A stretch of 64,000 nt of DNA from contig CATNEN010000033.1 in assembly GCA_950097015.1 (NCBI GenBank), positions 4,092,001-4,156,000 of the forward strand, written 5' to 3'. A program made the position numbers and the translations under genes. Positions within the stretch are counted from its first letter, which is position 1. The number at the start of each line of letters is the position of its first letter. Shown piece by piece: positions 24,841 to 37,560 of the stretch. The notes under the pieces are model-generated. The model was not told the DNA's origin. It worked only from the letters and a program-made list of their open reading frames with translations, and did no database searches. This stretch comes from Macrostomum hystrix. Lineage: Eukaryota > Animalia > Platyhelminthes.

Positions 24841-26008
24841 AACAGTCGGCCGGTCTCACAGCAATTCTTCCGCAATAAGCAGCAAGCGGAGCTCATAGAA
24901 GACCAAAATTCTGGAACAGATCAAAGCAATTTCACAGCCTTGTTTGGTGACTACTTTTTTTCCAATTTTCATTCATCGCACGCTTGAGCGAGGCTGAATG
25001 AGTCCGGACCGATGCTGTCTTCCACTTCATCTCTCCTTCCCTTTGCGCTCGCCTATTTTAAGAATTCAGTCGGGCTTCACATCTATCTATAAAGAAAAAA
25101 ACTGAAAAGATGTTATCAAATCTTTTGGTTCCCACATGCACTGCCTGACTGCGGGAGGGCGATTACGGACTGGGTGTGGCTGGTTCTCGACTTGAATTCT
25201 TCCCTATTTTTACCTCCCCCACCGGATCCCCCCTTGTTTCCAAATAGAAGGACGAGGCACTCAAGTCGGGGAGTGGGTAGGTAATTAGGGTTCTCAGAAA
25301 AAAACTGCAGGCGCACTAGAATCTTCCGTCTGATCTGTTTCTTTTAGAAGAAAAAGGGGAAAATCAGTCGAAATCCCATTGGGGAACAAACGACTGGAAG
25401 AAAAGCAAGCCAAGCTGTTCTTGGAGATCTGACAAGTGGAAGTCGGGGCTCTGTTCCAATATTTGAAACTCGGACTCGCATTTCTTAGAAAGCGATTCCG
25501 ACGCGCCATTAGCGATCGGGAAATTACCCCCCACCACAAAAACTGGTGCGCGCGACCACCCGCTGGGGACACCCATTTTCTAGATTGGATCCCATTTTGG
25601 GGAGAATTTCACTTTGCCAAACCCCCTCGACCCCATGTTTCAGCCAGCTCCTACTCGACCTTGAGTAATTATTTTGGGATTCTATAATAGAGGGGAGGAT
25701 TCCGTGTGGGAATCTGTTGATTAGAAAGTGTTGCGAACTCTCGAGTGACAGTCTTCCCTCGGTCTTTGTGAGCGGGGACCCGAGTGCTCCCTATTGAAAT
25801 GATGAGGTTTATTGCATAATTGCCGAATATTTGTGGAGTGGGGCGGAATTCTCACAAAATCAATGGGAAGACGGGGTGGCACCTATGAAAGGCCAACGCG
25901 GATTTTAATTGAGTATCTGGGAATAGGCTTTGGGATTTGGGCTGATGTTCTGAACTAAGACTGTTCATGTGAATTGCGATGACGGCCTCTAGGGGAATCA
26001 ATCTCAGC

Positions 26009-26071
26009 ATAGATAGATAGATAGATAGATAGATAGATGGATAGATAGATAGATAGATATATAGATAGATA
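26009..26071. repeat. (GATA)n microsatellite
   Basis: Direct reading. Confidence 0.97.
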
Positions 26072-26230
26072 GCGGTACAGAATCGCTATGGGTTTCATGT
26101 TAGCAGTGCTCACTATGCTCACTGGGGCAGACATTGTTTGAGGTCAATTCCAGTGTGTCTAGCCAACATTTTATTTGTTTTAAAAACAACTTTAACGTAG
26201 GACTTTAAGTTTAACGTTGGCAGGACTCAC

Positions 26231-26442
26231 TGGCTGCATGAAGGTGTCCAACTTTCTCTGGCCGAACCTCAGGTCGTAGTCCCTCATGCCGCCTCCGCTG
26301 CCGCCACCGCCGCCTCCGTGACCTCCGCAGTTGTCAACAAGGGGCAGGCTGCAGCCCTGACCGCCCACAGGCGACATTGGCCTCGAGCCGCCGCCGACAC
26401 CGCCGCCGACACCGCCGCAGGATGATTTTAAGCGGACAAGCT
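26231..26442 (-). CDS. Protocadherin, coding exon 2 (Gly-rich cytoplasmic segment)
   Basis: Acceptor tttgtttcgcag|AG completes the phase-1 G of exon 1 (GAG, Glu); donor CCA|GTGAGT phase 0; GC-rich island between repeats. Confidence 0.82.
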
Positions 26443-26465
26443 CTGCGAAACAAATAGACAGACTT

Positions 26466-26705
26466 GACATCTATAGAGTATGAATCTAGATATCAATGGA
26501 GTATGAACCTAGATATCTATAGAGTATGAATCTAGATATCTATAGAGTATGAATCTAGATATCTATAGAGTATGAATCTAGATATCTATAGAGTATGAAT
26601 CTAGATATCTATAGAGTATGAATCTAGATATCTATAAGTATGAATCTAGATATCTATAGAGTATGAATCTAGATATCTATAGAGTATGAATCTGGATATC
26701 TATAG
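26466..26705. repeat. 23-bp palindrome-rich minisatellite (TCTATAGAGTATGAATCTAGATA)n
   Basis: Direct reading. Confidence 0.95.
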
Positions 26706-26825
26706 CTTCAAGTATTACAAAAATCCATAGATACGATATTCAGACATTCTATAGTCACAGTTCTAGATCTTTATAGACATGACCGTACCGTCGATTTCTA
26801 TAGATTTTATGTTGGGAAAGTGGAA

Positions 26826-27335
26826 TATCTAGATGTGAATCTAGATCTCTATAGATGTGAATCTAGATCTCTATAGATGTGAATCTAGATCTCTATAGAT
26901 GTGACTCTAGATCTCTATAGATGTGACTCTAGATATCTATATTTTTGAATCTAGATCTCTATAGATGTGACTGCAGATCTCTATAGATGAGACTGTAGAT
27001 TCTATTTATGTGACTCTAGATCTCTATAGATGTGACTCTAGATCTCTATAGATGTGACTGTAGATTCTATTTATATGACTGTAGATCTCTATAGATGTGA
27101 ATGCAGATCTCTATAGATGTGAATGCAGATCTCTATAGATGTGACTGCAGATCTCTATAGATGAGACTGTAGATTCTATTTATGTGACTCTAGATCTCTA
27201 TAGATGTGACTCTAGATCTCTATAGATGTGACTCTAGATCTCTATATATGTGACTCTAGATCTCTATAGATGTGGCTGTAGATCTCTATAGATGTGACTG
27301 TAGATCTCCATAGATGAGACTGTTGATCTCTACAG
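26826..27335. repeat. 22-bp palindrome-rich minisatellite (TCTATAGATGTGACTCTAGATC)n, related to the 26.5-kb array
   Basis: Direct reading. Confidence 0.95.
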
Positions 27336-28560
27336 ATATAAAGCAAGTTTTATTTGTAGCATATTTTATCCATACAGAAATCTGTTTCCAACCGCATAAT
27401 ATTCCAGACCTCATACAATTTCCATCACACGGCTATCAGAAACTTGGCATCGGTCATCAGAAAATGAGTCAGCGAAAACTTCTTAATAAATGTCACCGCG
27501 CACAGTGTGTGTGTGTGCGTGCGTGTGTGCCAGACAGAAAATTGGAGAAAGCGGAAAGGGGTTCGAATTCTATTATCTGCGGCCAGTGGGCAGATGTCTG
27601 GCGGGCCCAGAATCGAATCACACTTGGTCCGGCCCAGCTCTGAAAATGCTCAAAATGAATTCCCGGGGCTCCAATGCCGTATCTGGCGTAAGTGGGGTGG
27701 GCGGAGGTGTTAGCGGGACTGGCCGCGGATCATGCTCGGGTATTAGCATAAATTTTCCCAACTGCCTGATCCCCCAAAGTCGGGACTTTCGGCCCCGAGG
27801 CGGTTCGACAGAAAATTCGATGACAAAGGATGAGCAAGATGTCATAATGTGAGTCATGAGCTCGTGAGCATCAGGAAAATATAATTTTGTCCCGAGTCCT
27901 GAAGGTGCATCGCAGGAGGACAAAAGGAGGCGTGGAAAGTGGAAGCTGAGACAGAAGAAACTTGGAGGGAGCAGTTTTAAGAAAAAATTATCCCATCGCC
28001 CTTTGCGACCTTCCACTCTTAATTAATATTAATTAGGATTGTGAGACGCATTAGGGAGGCCGATGAGGGAAAAGGGGAGGTGAAGAAGGGGATGGGGATC
28101 TCTCTGACTGACGCTTCCGGCGGTGGAGACAGAATGCCCGCAACTCCCCTTCCCTGTCAGCTGGCGGGACCTCCTCGTTAAGGTCACAGTTTTGAGAAGA
28201 TGAGGATGGTGTGAGCTAGCAGCGGATCGCGGGATCGTGTCCCGTGGGGATGAAAGTGTTCGGCGCGGCGATCTCGGAGAAAAAATGGCTACGTGCGAAG
28301 GCCGAGAAAAAAAGAGAAAGAGCTGCTGCTGCTGCTGCTGCTGCTGGGCGAAGGCCGGGCCTCATTTGGTACGCGGTCACGAGTCGACTAATTTGTCATC
28401 TTGGGCTGGCCCGTGGCCTTAGTTTTGCATTTATTAACTGAGGGTTAGGGTTGCGTGGAGTCCTCAGTTTCACTTTATCACTCCCAGTCCCAGGGTTGGA
28501 AAATGGACCGCCCTCACTGGAAAATCTCAGCGTCTATCATGGCTGCACCACTTTTTTCTT

Positions 28561-28870
28561 TCTTGTAGTTTCCACATCTCATCTTGTAGTTTCCACATCT
28601 CATCTTGTAGTTTCCACATCTCATCTTGTAGTTTCCACATCTCATCTTGTAGTTTCCACATCTCATCGTGTAGTTTCCACATCTCATCTTGTAGTTTCCA
28701 CATCTCATCTTGTAGTTTCCACATCTCATCTTGTAGTTTCCACATCTCATCTTGTAGTTTCCACACTCATCTTGTAGTTTCCACACATCATCTTGTAGTT
28801 TCCACACATCATCTTGTAGTTTCCACATCCCATCTTGTAGTTTCCACACCCCATCTTTTAGTTTCCGCCT
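28561..28870. repeat. 21-bp minisatellite (TTGTAGTTTCCACATCTCATC)n, ~14 copies
   Basis: Direct reading; source of the MWKLQDE pseudo-ORF. Confidence 0.96.
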
Positions 28871-30479
28871 CCCATTTCGCAGTTTCGAGATTCCAATTTG
28901 TAGTTTTCTGATTCTATTCCTCAGTTTTTTATTTCAAAATCCCAATTCGTAGCTTTCAGATCCCAGTTTTTTTCCGAATTCCAATTCGTTGTTTTCAGAA
29001 CTCCCTCAATTTTCTATTCCCAGCAGTAATCCGAGTAAGTGAACAGGTAGGGAGTAGCTGGCTTTGTTCTAATCCCCTTTTCCGCTCCCACAGCGCCAGG
29101 GGAGCCTGTGAAATCCTAAATACATGCCTGTCCGACCTCTCTGCATCAGCTACTCCCCCAGTTTTACTTACAAAAGCTTGGCAGAAGGTTGACCAGGGCT
29201 TCCTGGTGTGCTCACTGCTCAGCCTCCAGTCGGCCTTTGACGGCCCGATTTTTTTTCTTCGCAAAAAGCCGAGATCGCGAAGGATTTGAGATGCTTTTTG
29301 CACCGGGATTCTTTGAAGTTCACATCCTCCCGCTGCAGACTCTACAGTCTCCTTTCCCCTCTCCCAACTCACTTTTTCCTGTCCCCGCCTGTCCCCGCCT
29401 GTCCCCTATCTCGCTCCAGTACAATGCTTATTAATGGCAAATCAAAACCTGTGTGCGCAGCCTCTTTCAGCCGGTATTCGTCATTTCAGTCGATTTTTGC
29501 CTGTAGAAGAAACGCGCCACTCCGCAACACGACCCCCCTAAGCCAGAATCAGAAATCCCGGTTCAACAGCCCTCATTGATTGTCAACCAGAGCCTCTCTT
29601 TGTTTTCCTGTCTGAGCATTTTTTTGAGCACAGTTAATGGCCTTTTACTGCTCACCAACCAAACACGGATGGAAAATGAAAAGTCTGAGGTAAATTGATT
29701 TACGAAAAGAGAGTCGCATTTTGCTGCAACACACACAAGGACACACACTGTAACATTGCTCGCAGGCAATAAATCACATGTGCCACCCACCCCAGTCCCA
29801 ATCAACAATCTGATACCAGAAACTCAGTTTAACTTGTCCTCAATAAGATCACACCGGCCACCCAGACCTTCACGCCACGGGAAACTTCGATGCAAGAATC
29901 TACTTGAAATATTTTATTTTCGTTGAAAAAAACAGCAGATAGCTTCGATTGGGTGATGGACAGTCTAATCAGATCCTTTGGACCTGGCATTGGACAGCAA
30001 ATAAAGTTTACTTTCGCCCCACACTTTCCGATCTCCTCTGGCTGCCTTGGCAACAGCCACTGGCGCTGAACGGCAAGAAGACGCGACGAGGATGGCTTTG
30101 GGGCAAAAGTTAATTATTTATCTTTCTGGGGCATTACCTACGTACCCTTGGCCAGTAAATGCATTTTGCTTCTTATATAAGATTTGCTCCACCGTGTTTA
30201 TAACACTGCGCGAGTCAGTAATTTCATTAGTTGAAGGGGGCGAGCTTCCACCCTGGCTGTATCTAACCTCCGCTTCCTCGGGGTGCTCAGCTGAGTTCAC
30301 TGCACTGCGAGATTCTGCAGCTCAGAAATCGATAAATAGAAATCGGCCGTCACACATCTACGCTGAGACCTTGGGGCCGCACACAGTATGTCACACTGCG
30401 CTTTGTTGAAAGCCAAAGTCAGAAACTGTACTATTGTACGAGTATGATTAGCGAGATTGGGTCTGAGACTTCTGGAACT

Positions 30480-31500
30480 CTCACAGTCTGTGATCTGTGA
30501 CTCTCAGTCTGTGATCTGTGACTCACACAGTCTGTGATCTGTGACTCTCACAGTCTGTGATCTGTGACTCTCAGTCTGTGATCTGTGACTCACACAGTCT
30601 GTGATCTGTGACTCACACAGTCTGTGATCTGTGACTCTCACAGTCTGTGATCTGTGATCTGTGACTCTCAGTCTGTGATCTGTGACTCTCACAGTCTGTG
30701 ATCTGTGATCTGTGACTCTCACAGTCTGTGATCTGTGATCTGTGACTCTCACAGTCTGTGATCTGTGACTCTCAGTCTGTGATCTGTGACTCACACAGTC
30801 TGTGATCTGTGATCTGTGACTCTCACAGTCTGTGATCTGTGACTCTCACAGTCTGTGATCTATGATCTGTGACTCTCACAGTCTGTGATCTGTGATCTGT
30901 GATCTGTGACTCTCACAGTCTGTGATCTGTGACTCTCAGTCTGTGATCTGTGACTCACACAGTCTGTGATCTGTGACTCTCACAGTCTGTGATCTGAGAT
31001 CTGTGACTCACACCGTCTGTGATCTGTGATCTGTGACTCTCAGTCTGTGATCTGTGACTCTCACAGTCTGTGATCTGTGATCTGTGACTCTCAGTCTGTG
31101 ATCTGTGACTCTCACAGTTTGTGATCTGTGATCTGTGACTCTCACAGTCTGTGATCTGTGACTCTCACAGTCTGTGATCTGTGACTCTCACAGTCTGTGA
31201 TCTGTGACTCTCACAGTCTGTGATCTGTGACTCTCACAGTCTGTGATCTGTGACTCTCACAGTCTGTGATCTGTGACTCTCACAGTCTCTGATCTGTGAC
31301 TCTCACAGTTTGTGATCTGTGATCTGTGACTCTCACAGTCTGTGATCTGTGACTCTCACAGTCTGTGATCTGTGACTCTCACAGTCTGTGATCTGTGACT
31401 CTCACAGTCTGTGATCTGTGACTCTCACAGTCTGTGATCTGTGACTCTCACAGTCTCTGATCTGTGACTCTCACAGTCTGTGATCTGTGACTCTCACGAT
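30480..31500. repeat. ~23-bp minisatellite (TCTCACAGTCTGTGATCTGTGAC)n with 21/30-bp variants
   Basis: Direct reading. Confidence 0.96.
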
Positions 31501-32204
31501 CTACAGCCAGTGACTGTCACAGTAATCTTTCGCGCACCAATTAAATTCCAATTCACAATGTCATTTGCGTGCTTCCCACCACCCTACCGTCTTTTGTGGG
31601 GCTTTGACAAGCCAGTTTTGCCGATGTTTCACAGAAGTCGGACAAGCTGGGGGCTTAGCGGGAAGACAGTGAAATAAAGGGCAATAAAATGCAAATACCA
31701 GCCGACTTGCGAGTATCGCAGAATGCACAGCCTGCAATTGCTGGGATAAGGGCTGGCCCTAAGCAGTCGTGGCATTGCTGCAACCAAACTCCATTTATTT
31801 TCCTACCTTCACTAAAGATCCCAGCTGGGATCTCTGAAGCTGCACTGGGAAGAATTTTGAGAGGGATTTCTCCTCCTCCTCCTCTTCTTTTTCCTCTTAA
31901 AAGCGATATCCCTAAAACCAGCTTTTTGTGAAAAAAAACATAACTGCCTAAGATCCAAAAAAATTTGCATGCACTCATTTTTGGAGGCCAAGGGTTGAGG
32001 CTGGGGTGGACTCAGTTTTATCCCATAAATTCCATAAATTCCAAATCGATCCCAATACTCACTCTGGTTTAGAGGGGGGTAGCTGTTTAGGAGAGCTGAG
32101 ATTTAGCAGACTTTTAAAATTTGTCCGCTTTTGATTTCAAAGCTTTTGGACTGAGTAGTGACTCATCACTGATATGTAGATATGTCGAATCTACACAACT
32201 TTCG

Positions 32205-33495
32205 CAGTCTCTAATCTCGCAGTCTCTAATCTCATAGTCTCTAATCTCACAGTCTCTAATCTCACAGTCTCTAAACTCACAGTCTCTAATCTCACAGTCT
32301 CTAAACTCACAGTCTCTAATCTCACAGTCTCTAATCTCACAGTCTCTAATCTCACAGTCTCTAATCTCAAGTCTCTAATCGCTCATTCTCTAATCTCACA
32401 GTCTCTAATCTCACAGTCTCTAATCTCACAGTCTCTAATCTCACAATCTCTAATCTCACAGTATCTAATCTCACAGTCTCTAATCTCACAGTCTCTAATC
32501 TCACAGTCCCTAATCTCACAGTCTCTAATCTCACAGTCTCTAATCTCAAGTCTCTAATCGCTCATTCTCTAATCTCACAGTCTCTAATCTCACAGTCTCT
32601 AATCTCACAGTCTCTAATCTCAAGTCTCTAATCGCTCATTCTCTAATCTCACAGTCTCTAATCTCACAGTCTCTAATCTCACAGTCTCTAATCTCACAAT
32701 CTCTAATCTCACAGTATCTAATCTCACAGTCTCTAATCTCACAGTCTCTAAACTCACAGTCTCTAATCTCAAGTCTCTAATCGCTCATTCTCTAATCTCA
32801 CAGTCTCTAATCTCACAGTCTCTAATCTCACAGTCTCTAATCTAACAGTCTCTAATCTCACAGTATCTAATCTCACAGTCTCTAATCTCACAGTCTCTAA
32901 ACTCACAGTCTCTAATCTCAGTCTCTAATCTCACAGTCTCTAATCTCACAGTCTCTAATCTCACAGTCTCTAATCTCACAGTCTCTAATCTAACAGTCTC
33001 TAATCTCACAGTCTCTAATCTCACAGTCTCTAATCTCACAGTCTCTAATCGCTCATTCTCTAATCTCACAGTCTCTAATCTAACAGTCTCTAATCTAACA
33101 GTCCCTAATCTCACAGTCTCTAATCTAACAGTCCCTAATCTCACAGTCTCTAATCTCACAGTCTCTAATCTCACAGTTCCTAATCTCACAGTCTCTAATC
33201 TCACAGTCTCTAATCTCACAATCTCTAATCTCACAGTCTCTAATCTCACAATCTCTAATCGCTCATTTTCTAATCTCACAGTCTCTAATCTAACAGTCTC
33301 TAATCTCACAGTCCCTAATCTCACAGTCTCGAATCTCACAGTCTCTAATCTCACAGTCTCTAATCTCACAGTCTCTAATCGCTCATTCTCTAATCTCACA
33401 GACTCTAAATCTCACAGTCTCTAATCTAACAATCTCTAATCTCACAGTCCCTAATCTCACAGTCTCTAATCTGACAGTCTCTAATCTCACTATCT
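32205..33495. repeat. 15-bp minisatellite (TCTCACAGTCTCTAA)n, ~85 copies
   Basis: Direct reading; source of the VRLET pseudo-ORFs. Confidence 0.97.
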
Positions 33496-33935
33496 GTGAT
33501 CTACAAATCGCTGAGCCACCAATTCCTGTCCTAATATTCTGTTTGATCAACCGCCCAGGTATTAATGCATTTCGCATGGAATTATAACAGAGCGGATAGC
33601 AGAGTCCATATTTTGTATCGAAATTAATAGCGCAGGCTGTGCCTGATATTGTCGAGTCGACTCCGGGCTTCCTGTCGCGTCTCTTTTAAGTAAATTTTTT
33701 TGTGATCCCTTAAATTTGGTTCCCTGGCACGTCTGAGGGGAAATCTCAGAGGGCGGGACTCGGTTGTGAGGAATATTGACTCGGGTCAACACCGCCTGTG
33801 TGTAATTTGCAGCCCAGGGGTATGCAGCTTGGTGGATTCAATGCTTTTCGTCTATGCTAAACAATCATTTCCTTTTGAGAATTTTCCGGCACGAGTGCTC
33901 AGAATTCAAATTCTGCCAAACTTAATGATTAGAAA

Positions 33936-34190
33936 TCTTCAGATCCCATCAGAAATCTTCAGCGATCACATCAGAAATGTTCAGATCCCATCAGAAATCT
34001 TCAGATCCCATCAGAAATGTTCAGATCACATCAGAAATGTTCAGATCCCATCAGAAATGTTCAGATCCCATCAGAAATTTTCAGATCCCATCAGAAATGT
34101 TCAGATCACATCAGAAATGTTCAGATCCCATCAGAAATGTTCAGATCCCATCGGAAATGATCAGATCCCATCAGAAATGTTCAGATCCCA
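33936..34190. repeat. 20-bp minisatellite (TCAGATCCCATCAGAAATGT)n, ~13 copies
   Basis: Direct reading; ends ~30 nt from the protocadherin exon 1 donor. Confidence 0.96.
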
Positions 34191-34220
34191 TAATAATCCC
34201 ATCCTGTGATCCCCACTCAC

Positions 34221-36810
34221 CGTGGTTGACGTGCGCAGGAGCGCAAGGTCGCCGCCGCGCCATCAGGCAGATGGCGGTGATGAGCGCGGCGCAGATGACA
34301 CCAGTAGCCACCACGATGCAGACGATGATGAGTTTGTTGGTCTCCATGTCGGCTGTCCAGGCGTCGCGCAGCAGCCCGGTAGCCGGCGAGTCCTCGATGC
34401 GGACGCTGAGCTGTCCGGTGGAGGACAGCGGCGGTGAACCCGCATCCGAGGCCGTAATGGTCAGTCGGACGACGCCCATCTCCGCGCGGCTCATCGGCCG
34501 CCGGACGTACAGCCGGCCATTGCCGGGGTCGATGCGGAACCAGTTGTACAGGTTGCCCTGCCGCAGGCTGTACGTCACCCGGCCGTTGTCGCCGGCGTCG
34601 GAGTCGGTGGCGCGCACCTGGGCGAACTGAAAGTCGGCAGGCTCGCGGAAGGAAAGGCGAACGACGGCGGCGGCCGAGTCGCCCGCAGGAGGCGGGAATT
34701 CGAACACAGGGGCGCAGTCATTGACATCATCAACAATGACGCTGACGGTGGCGGTGGCGGTGTTCTCCGGCTGGCCGCTGTCGACGGCGATCACGCGGAA
34801 AGTATGAGAGGCCGCCTGCTCGCGGTCAATTGGCCGCAGGGTGTACAGCGACGGGCCGGATGGCAGCTGGAACGGGGCGCCAGAGTCGGCCGGATGCAGT
34901 CTGAACTTCAGCTCGGCATTTTTGCCTTCGTCAGCGTCGGTGGCGTTCAGCTCGCCGACGTGAACTCCGGTGCTGCCGGTCTCTCGCACCCGGAATGTGT
35001 ACAGGCCGGAGCTGAACACCGGCGGGCTGTCGTTCGCGTCCTCAACATGGACGCTGACCATCGCGGAGGCGTTGAATCGACCGTCGGTAACAACAGCGGT
35101 GATGACAAAGCCGGCCGGATTACGCTCGCGATCCAGCGGCACCCGGGCGCGCAGAATGCCTTTGTCGTCGATCTCGAATGGCGAAGTCGTGGAATCGTCG
35201 GCGCCCGTCGGCCAGACGATGCTGTACCGCAGCCGGGCGTTCTCGCCGGTGTCCCGGTCCTCGGCGGTCAGGCTAAGCACCTTCTCGCCGGGCGAATTGT
35301 TCTCAACCAGCTTGGCAGAGAAGTGATTAGCGCCGCCTGGAAATGTCGGCGGGTTGTCGTTCTCGTCCAGCAGTTCGACAGTAACCGTCAAGCTGCCCGT
35401 TAGCGACGGATTGCCGCTGTCCGCACAGGCGACCACCGGCTGTAGCACGGGACCCGCCTCCCTGTCCAGAGCCGAAAGACTAGCCAGCCGGTACAGCACC
35501 TGGCCCTGGATGGTCTTCAGCTTGGTAAAGACGAAGAATTCTTCGGCGGCGGCCAGGCCGCAGACGAACTCGCCCGCCGGCCCCTTGTCGCGGTCCGACA
35601 CCAGCAGGCTGGCCACGGTGGCGTTGCGGATGTTCTCCGGCACCGAGACGCCACCGGACGGGCTCAGCCGCGTGGACAGCAGCCGAATCTCGGGCCGATG
35701 ATCATTGACGTCGCCAACGTCAACCACAACGCTCGCTCTGGCCTCCTTCGGCTCGGCGCCGTTGTCTCTGGCCAAAATTGAGAACTCGTAGCGCTGACGA
35801 GATTCAAAGTCAAGTCGCGATGGGCTGCTAACAAGGATGCGGCCGCTGGCGGCCTCGACGGTAAAGACGGAGCCGACGCTGGTCTGGTGCTCCGGTGCCA
35901 GCCTGTAGGTGACGTCACCGTTCGGCCCGGCGTCCCGGTCGGTGGCCCGTACTCGCAGCACCTCGGAGCCGGCGGGAGCGTCCTCCTTGACCGTGGCCGA
36001 GTAATCTGGCGAGTCGAATCGCGGCGCTTCGTCGTTAACATCCAACACTTCGACGAGGAGCTGCGCGCTGCCGCTGAGGCCGCCGCCGTCGGTTGCCACC
36101 AGAGTGAAATTGTAGCGGGCCACCGACTCGCGGTCAAGTTGACGCCGCAGCACCAGCCGCGGCACTGGCGGCTGTCCGGCAACGCCGCTTCTCGACACCT
36201 CCAGCTGGAAGGTGTCGGAGGCCGGCTGGAGTCGGTAGTTCCTGACGGAGTTGTCACCAGAGTCCGGATCTACGGCGCCAGGGCTGATGGTCTGCTCGGC
36301 GCCGATGCGGGCGTTCTCGGCGAAGGCCACCCTGAGCGGTCGTGGGTCCGGCCAGGCCGGGCTGTGGTCGTTGACGTCGTCGATTTGGACTCGCACCGGG
36401 AAGATGTCGGCGAGGCCGCGGCTGACCATGAGCTGGTGGACGCAGGCCTCGCCAGCGATCAGCTCGGCGCCATGATAGTTGCAGAGGCTGGCAGAGTCGG
36501 TGTCTCGGTCGATGCGAGCCCGCACCGTCAGGAGGCCGGTGTCGGGGCTGACTGAGAAATAACTGTCCAATGCCACGTACTGGCCTCCGCCACCGCCTCC
36601 GCCTCCGCCGCCGTTGCTGTCCGCCGCTGCCGGCGTCACTCGGCCAACCGGCGTGCCGGGCGGCGACTTCTCGGCGATGCGAAAGTTAAAGTTGGCGCTG
36701 GCCACTGTCGAGGCGATCTGGACCAGCTGGACCAGGGTTATCAGCAGCAGCAGCAGCAGTGGCAGCGGCAGCGGCAGAGATGGCCGGAGTGACCAATGCA
36801 TGTTAGCCAT
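34221..36810 (-). CDS. Protocadherin, large coding exon 1: signal peptide, 7 cadherin (EC) repeats, transmembrane helix
   Basis: ATG at 36810 (or 36801) followed by a Leu-rich signal peptide; six DxND/DxNDxxP-type linkers (DDVNDHSP, LDVNDEAP, GDVNDHRP, LDENDNPP, EDANDSPP, DDVNDCAP), LDRE and AxDxD motifs; TM LIIVCIVVATGVICAALITAICLM then RRR; donor CAC G|GTGAGT at 34220. Confidence 0.96.
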
Positions 36811-37152
36811 GTGACAAATATGCGAGGTGAAGTTTCTATAGCGTTGATCAGCTGGCCATGCTGGACTGCAATACAATTTGGCGGTGCCTCGGTGCCTATT
36901 TTCCAATCAGTCAGCAATGTCCAGGCTCTTGGATTTGTATTCATTTTCTGCCGGCAATGAACTTGGAGACCGTCGGGATTGGATGTGCGGCCAGTGTGGA
37001 GCTCACACATTGTGCTTGGCTGTGGCGTTTTCGGCACTGGTTGGCTGTTAGCTCACAATGCTCTCAGCCAATGGCAAGCAAGAGCAGCTGTGTGGAACTT
37101 GGTTCCGTGGCTGTGTTCCCATGGCTGCTTCGCACAACAGCTTCTGTGCAAT

Positions 37153-37155
<3 letters not shown>

Positions 37156-37183
<28 letters not shown>

Positions 37184-37311
37184 TATATATATATCGATAG
37201 ATAGATTGATAGATAGATAGATCGATAGATAGATAGATCGATAGATTGATAGATAGATAGATTGATTGATTGATTGATAGATAGATAGATCGATAGATAG
37301 ATAGATATATC

Positions 37312-37347
<36 letters not shown>

Positions 37348-37415
37348 TATATATAGATCAATAGATAGATAGATAGATCGATAGATAGATAGATCGATAA
37401 ATAGATAGATAGATC

Positions 37416-37446
<31 letters not shown>

Positions 37447-37560
37447 TGATTGATTGATAGATAAGATTGATAGATAGATTGATAGATTGATATATAGATC
37501 GATAGATTGACAGATTGATATATTGATATGTTAATATATTGATAGATTGACAGATTGTTG
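37156..37560. repeat. Compound (GATA)n/(GATT)n/(TA)n microsatellite, decaying rightward
   Basis: Direct reading. Confidence 0.95.

Noticed and set aside
25294-25687. Short ORFs in intron 2, and 27618-28016 in intron 1, as extra protocadherin exons
   Set aside because: No convincing phase-compatible acceptor/donor pairs; the three-exon model is already in frame.
34804-36814. Plus-strand ORFs of 115-222 aa overlapping the protocadherin; likewise 98-418 and 15004-15807
   Set aside because: Antisense shadows of GC-rich coding exons with no independent features.
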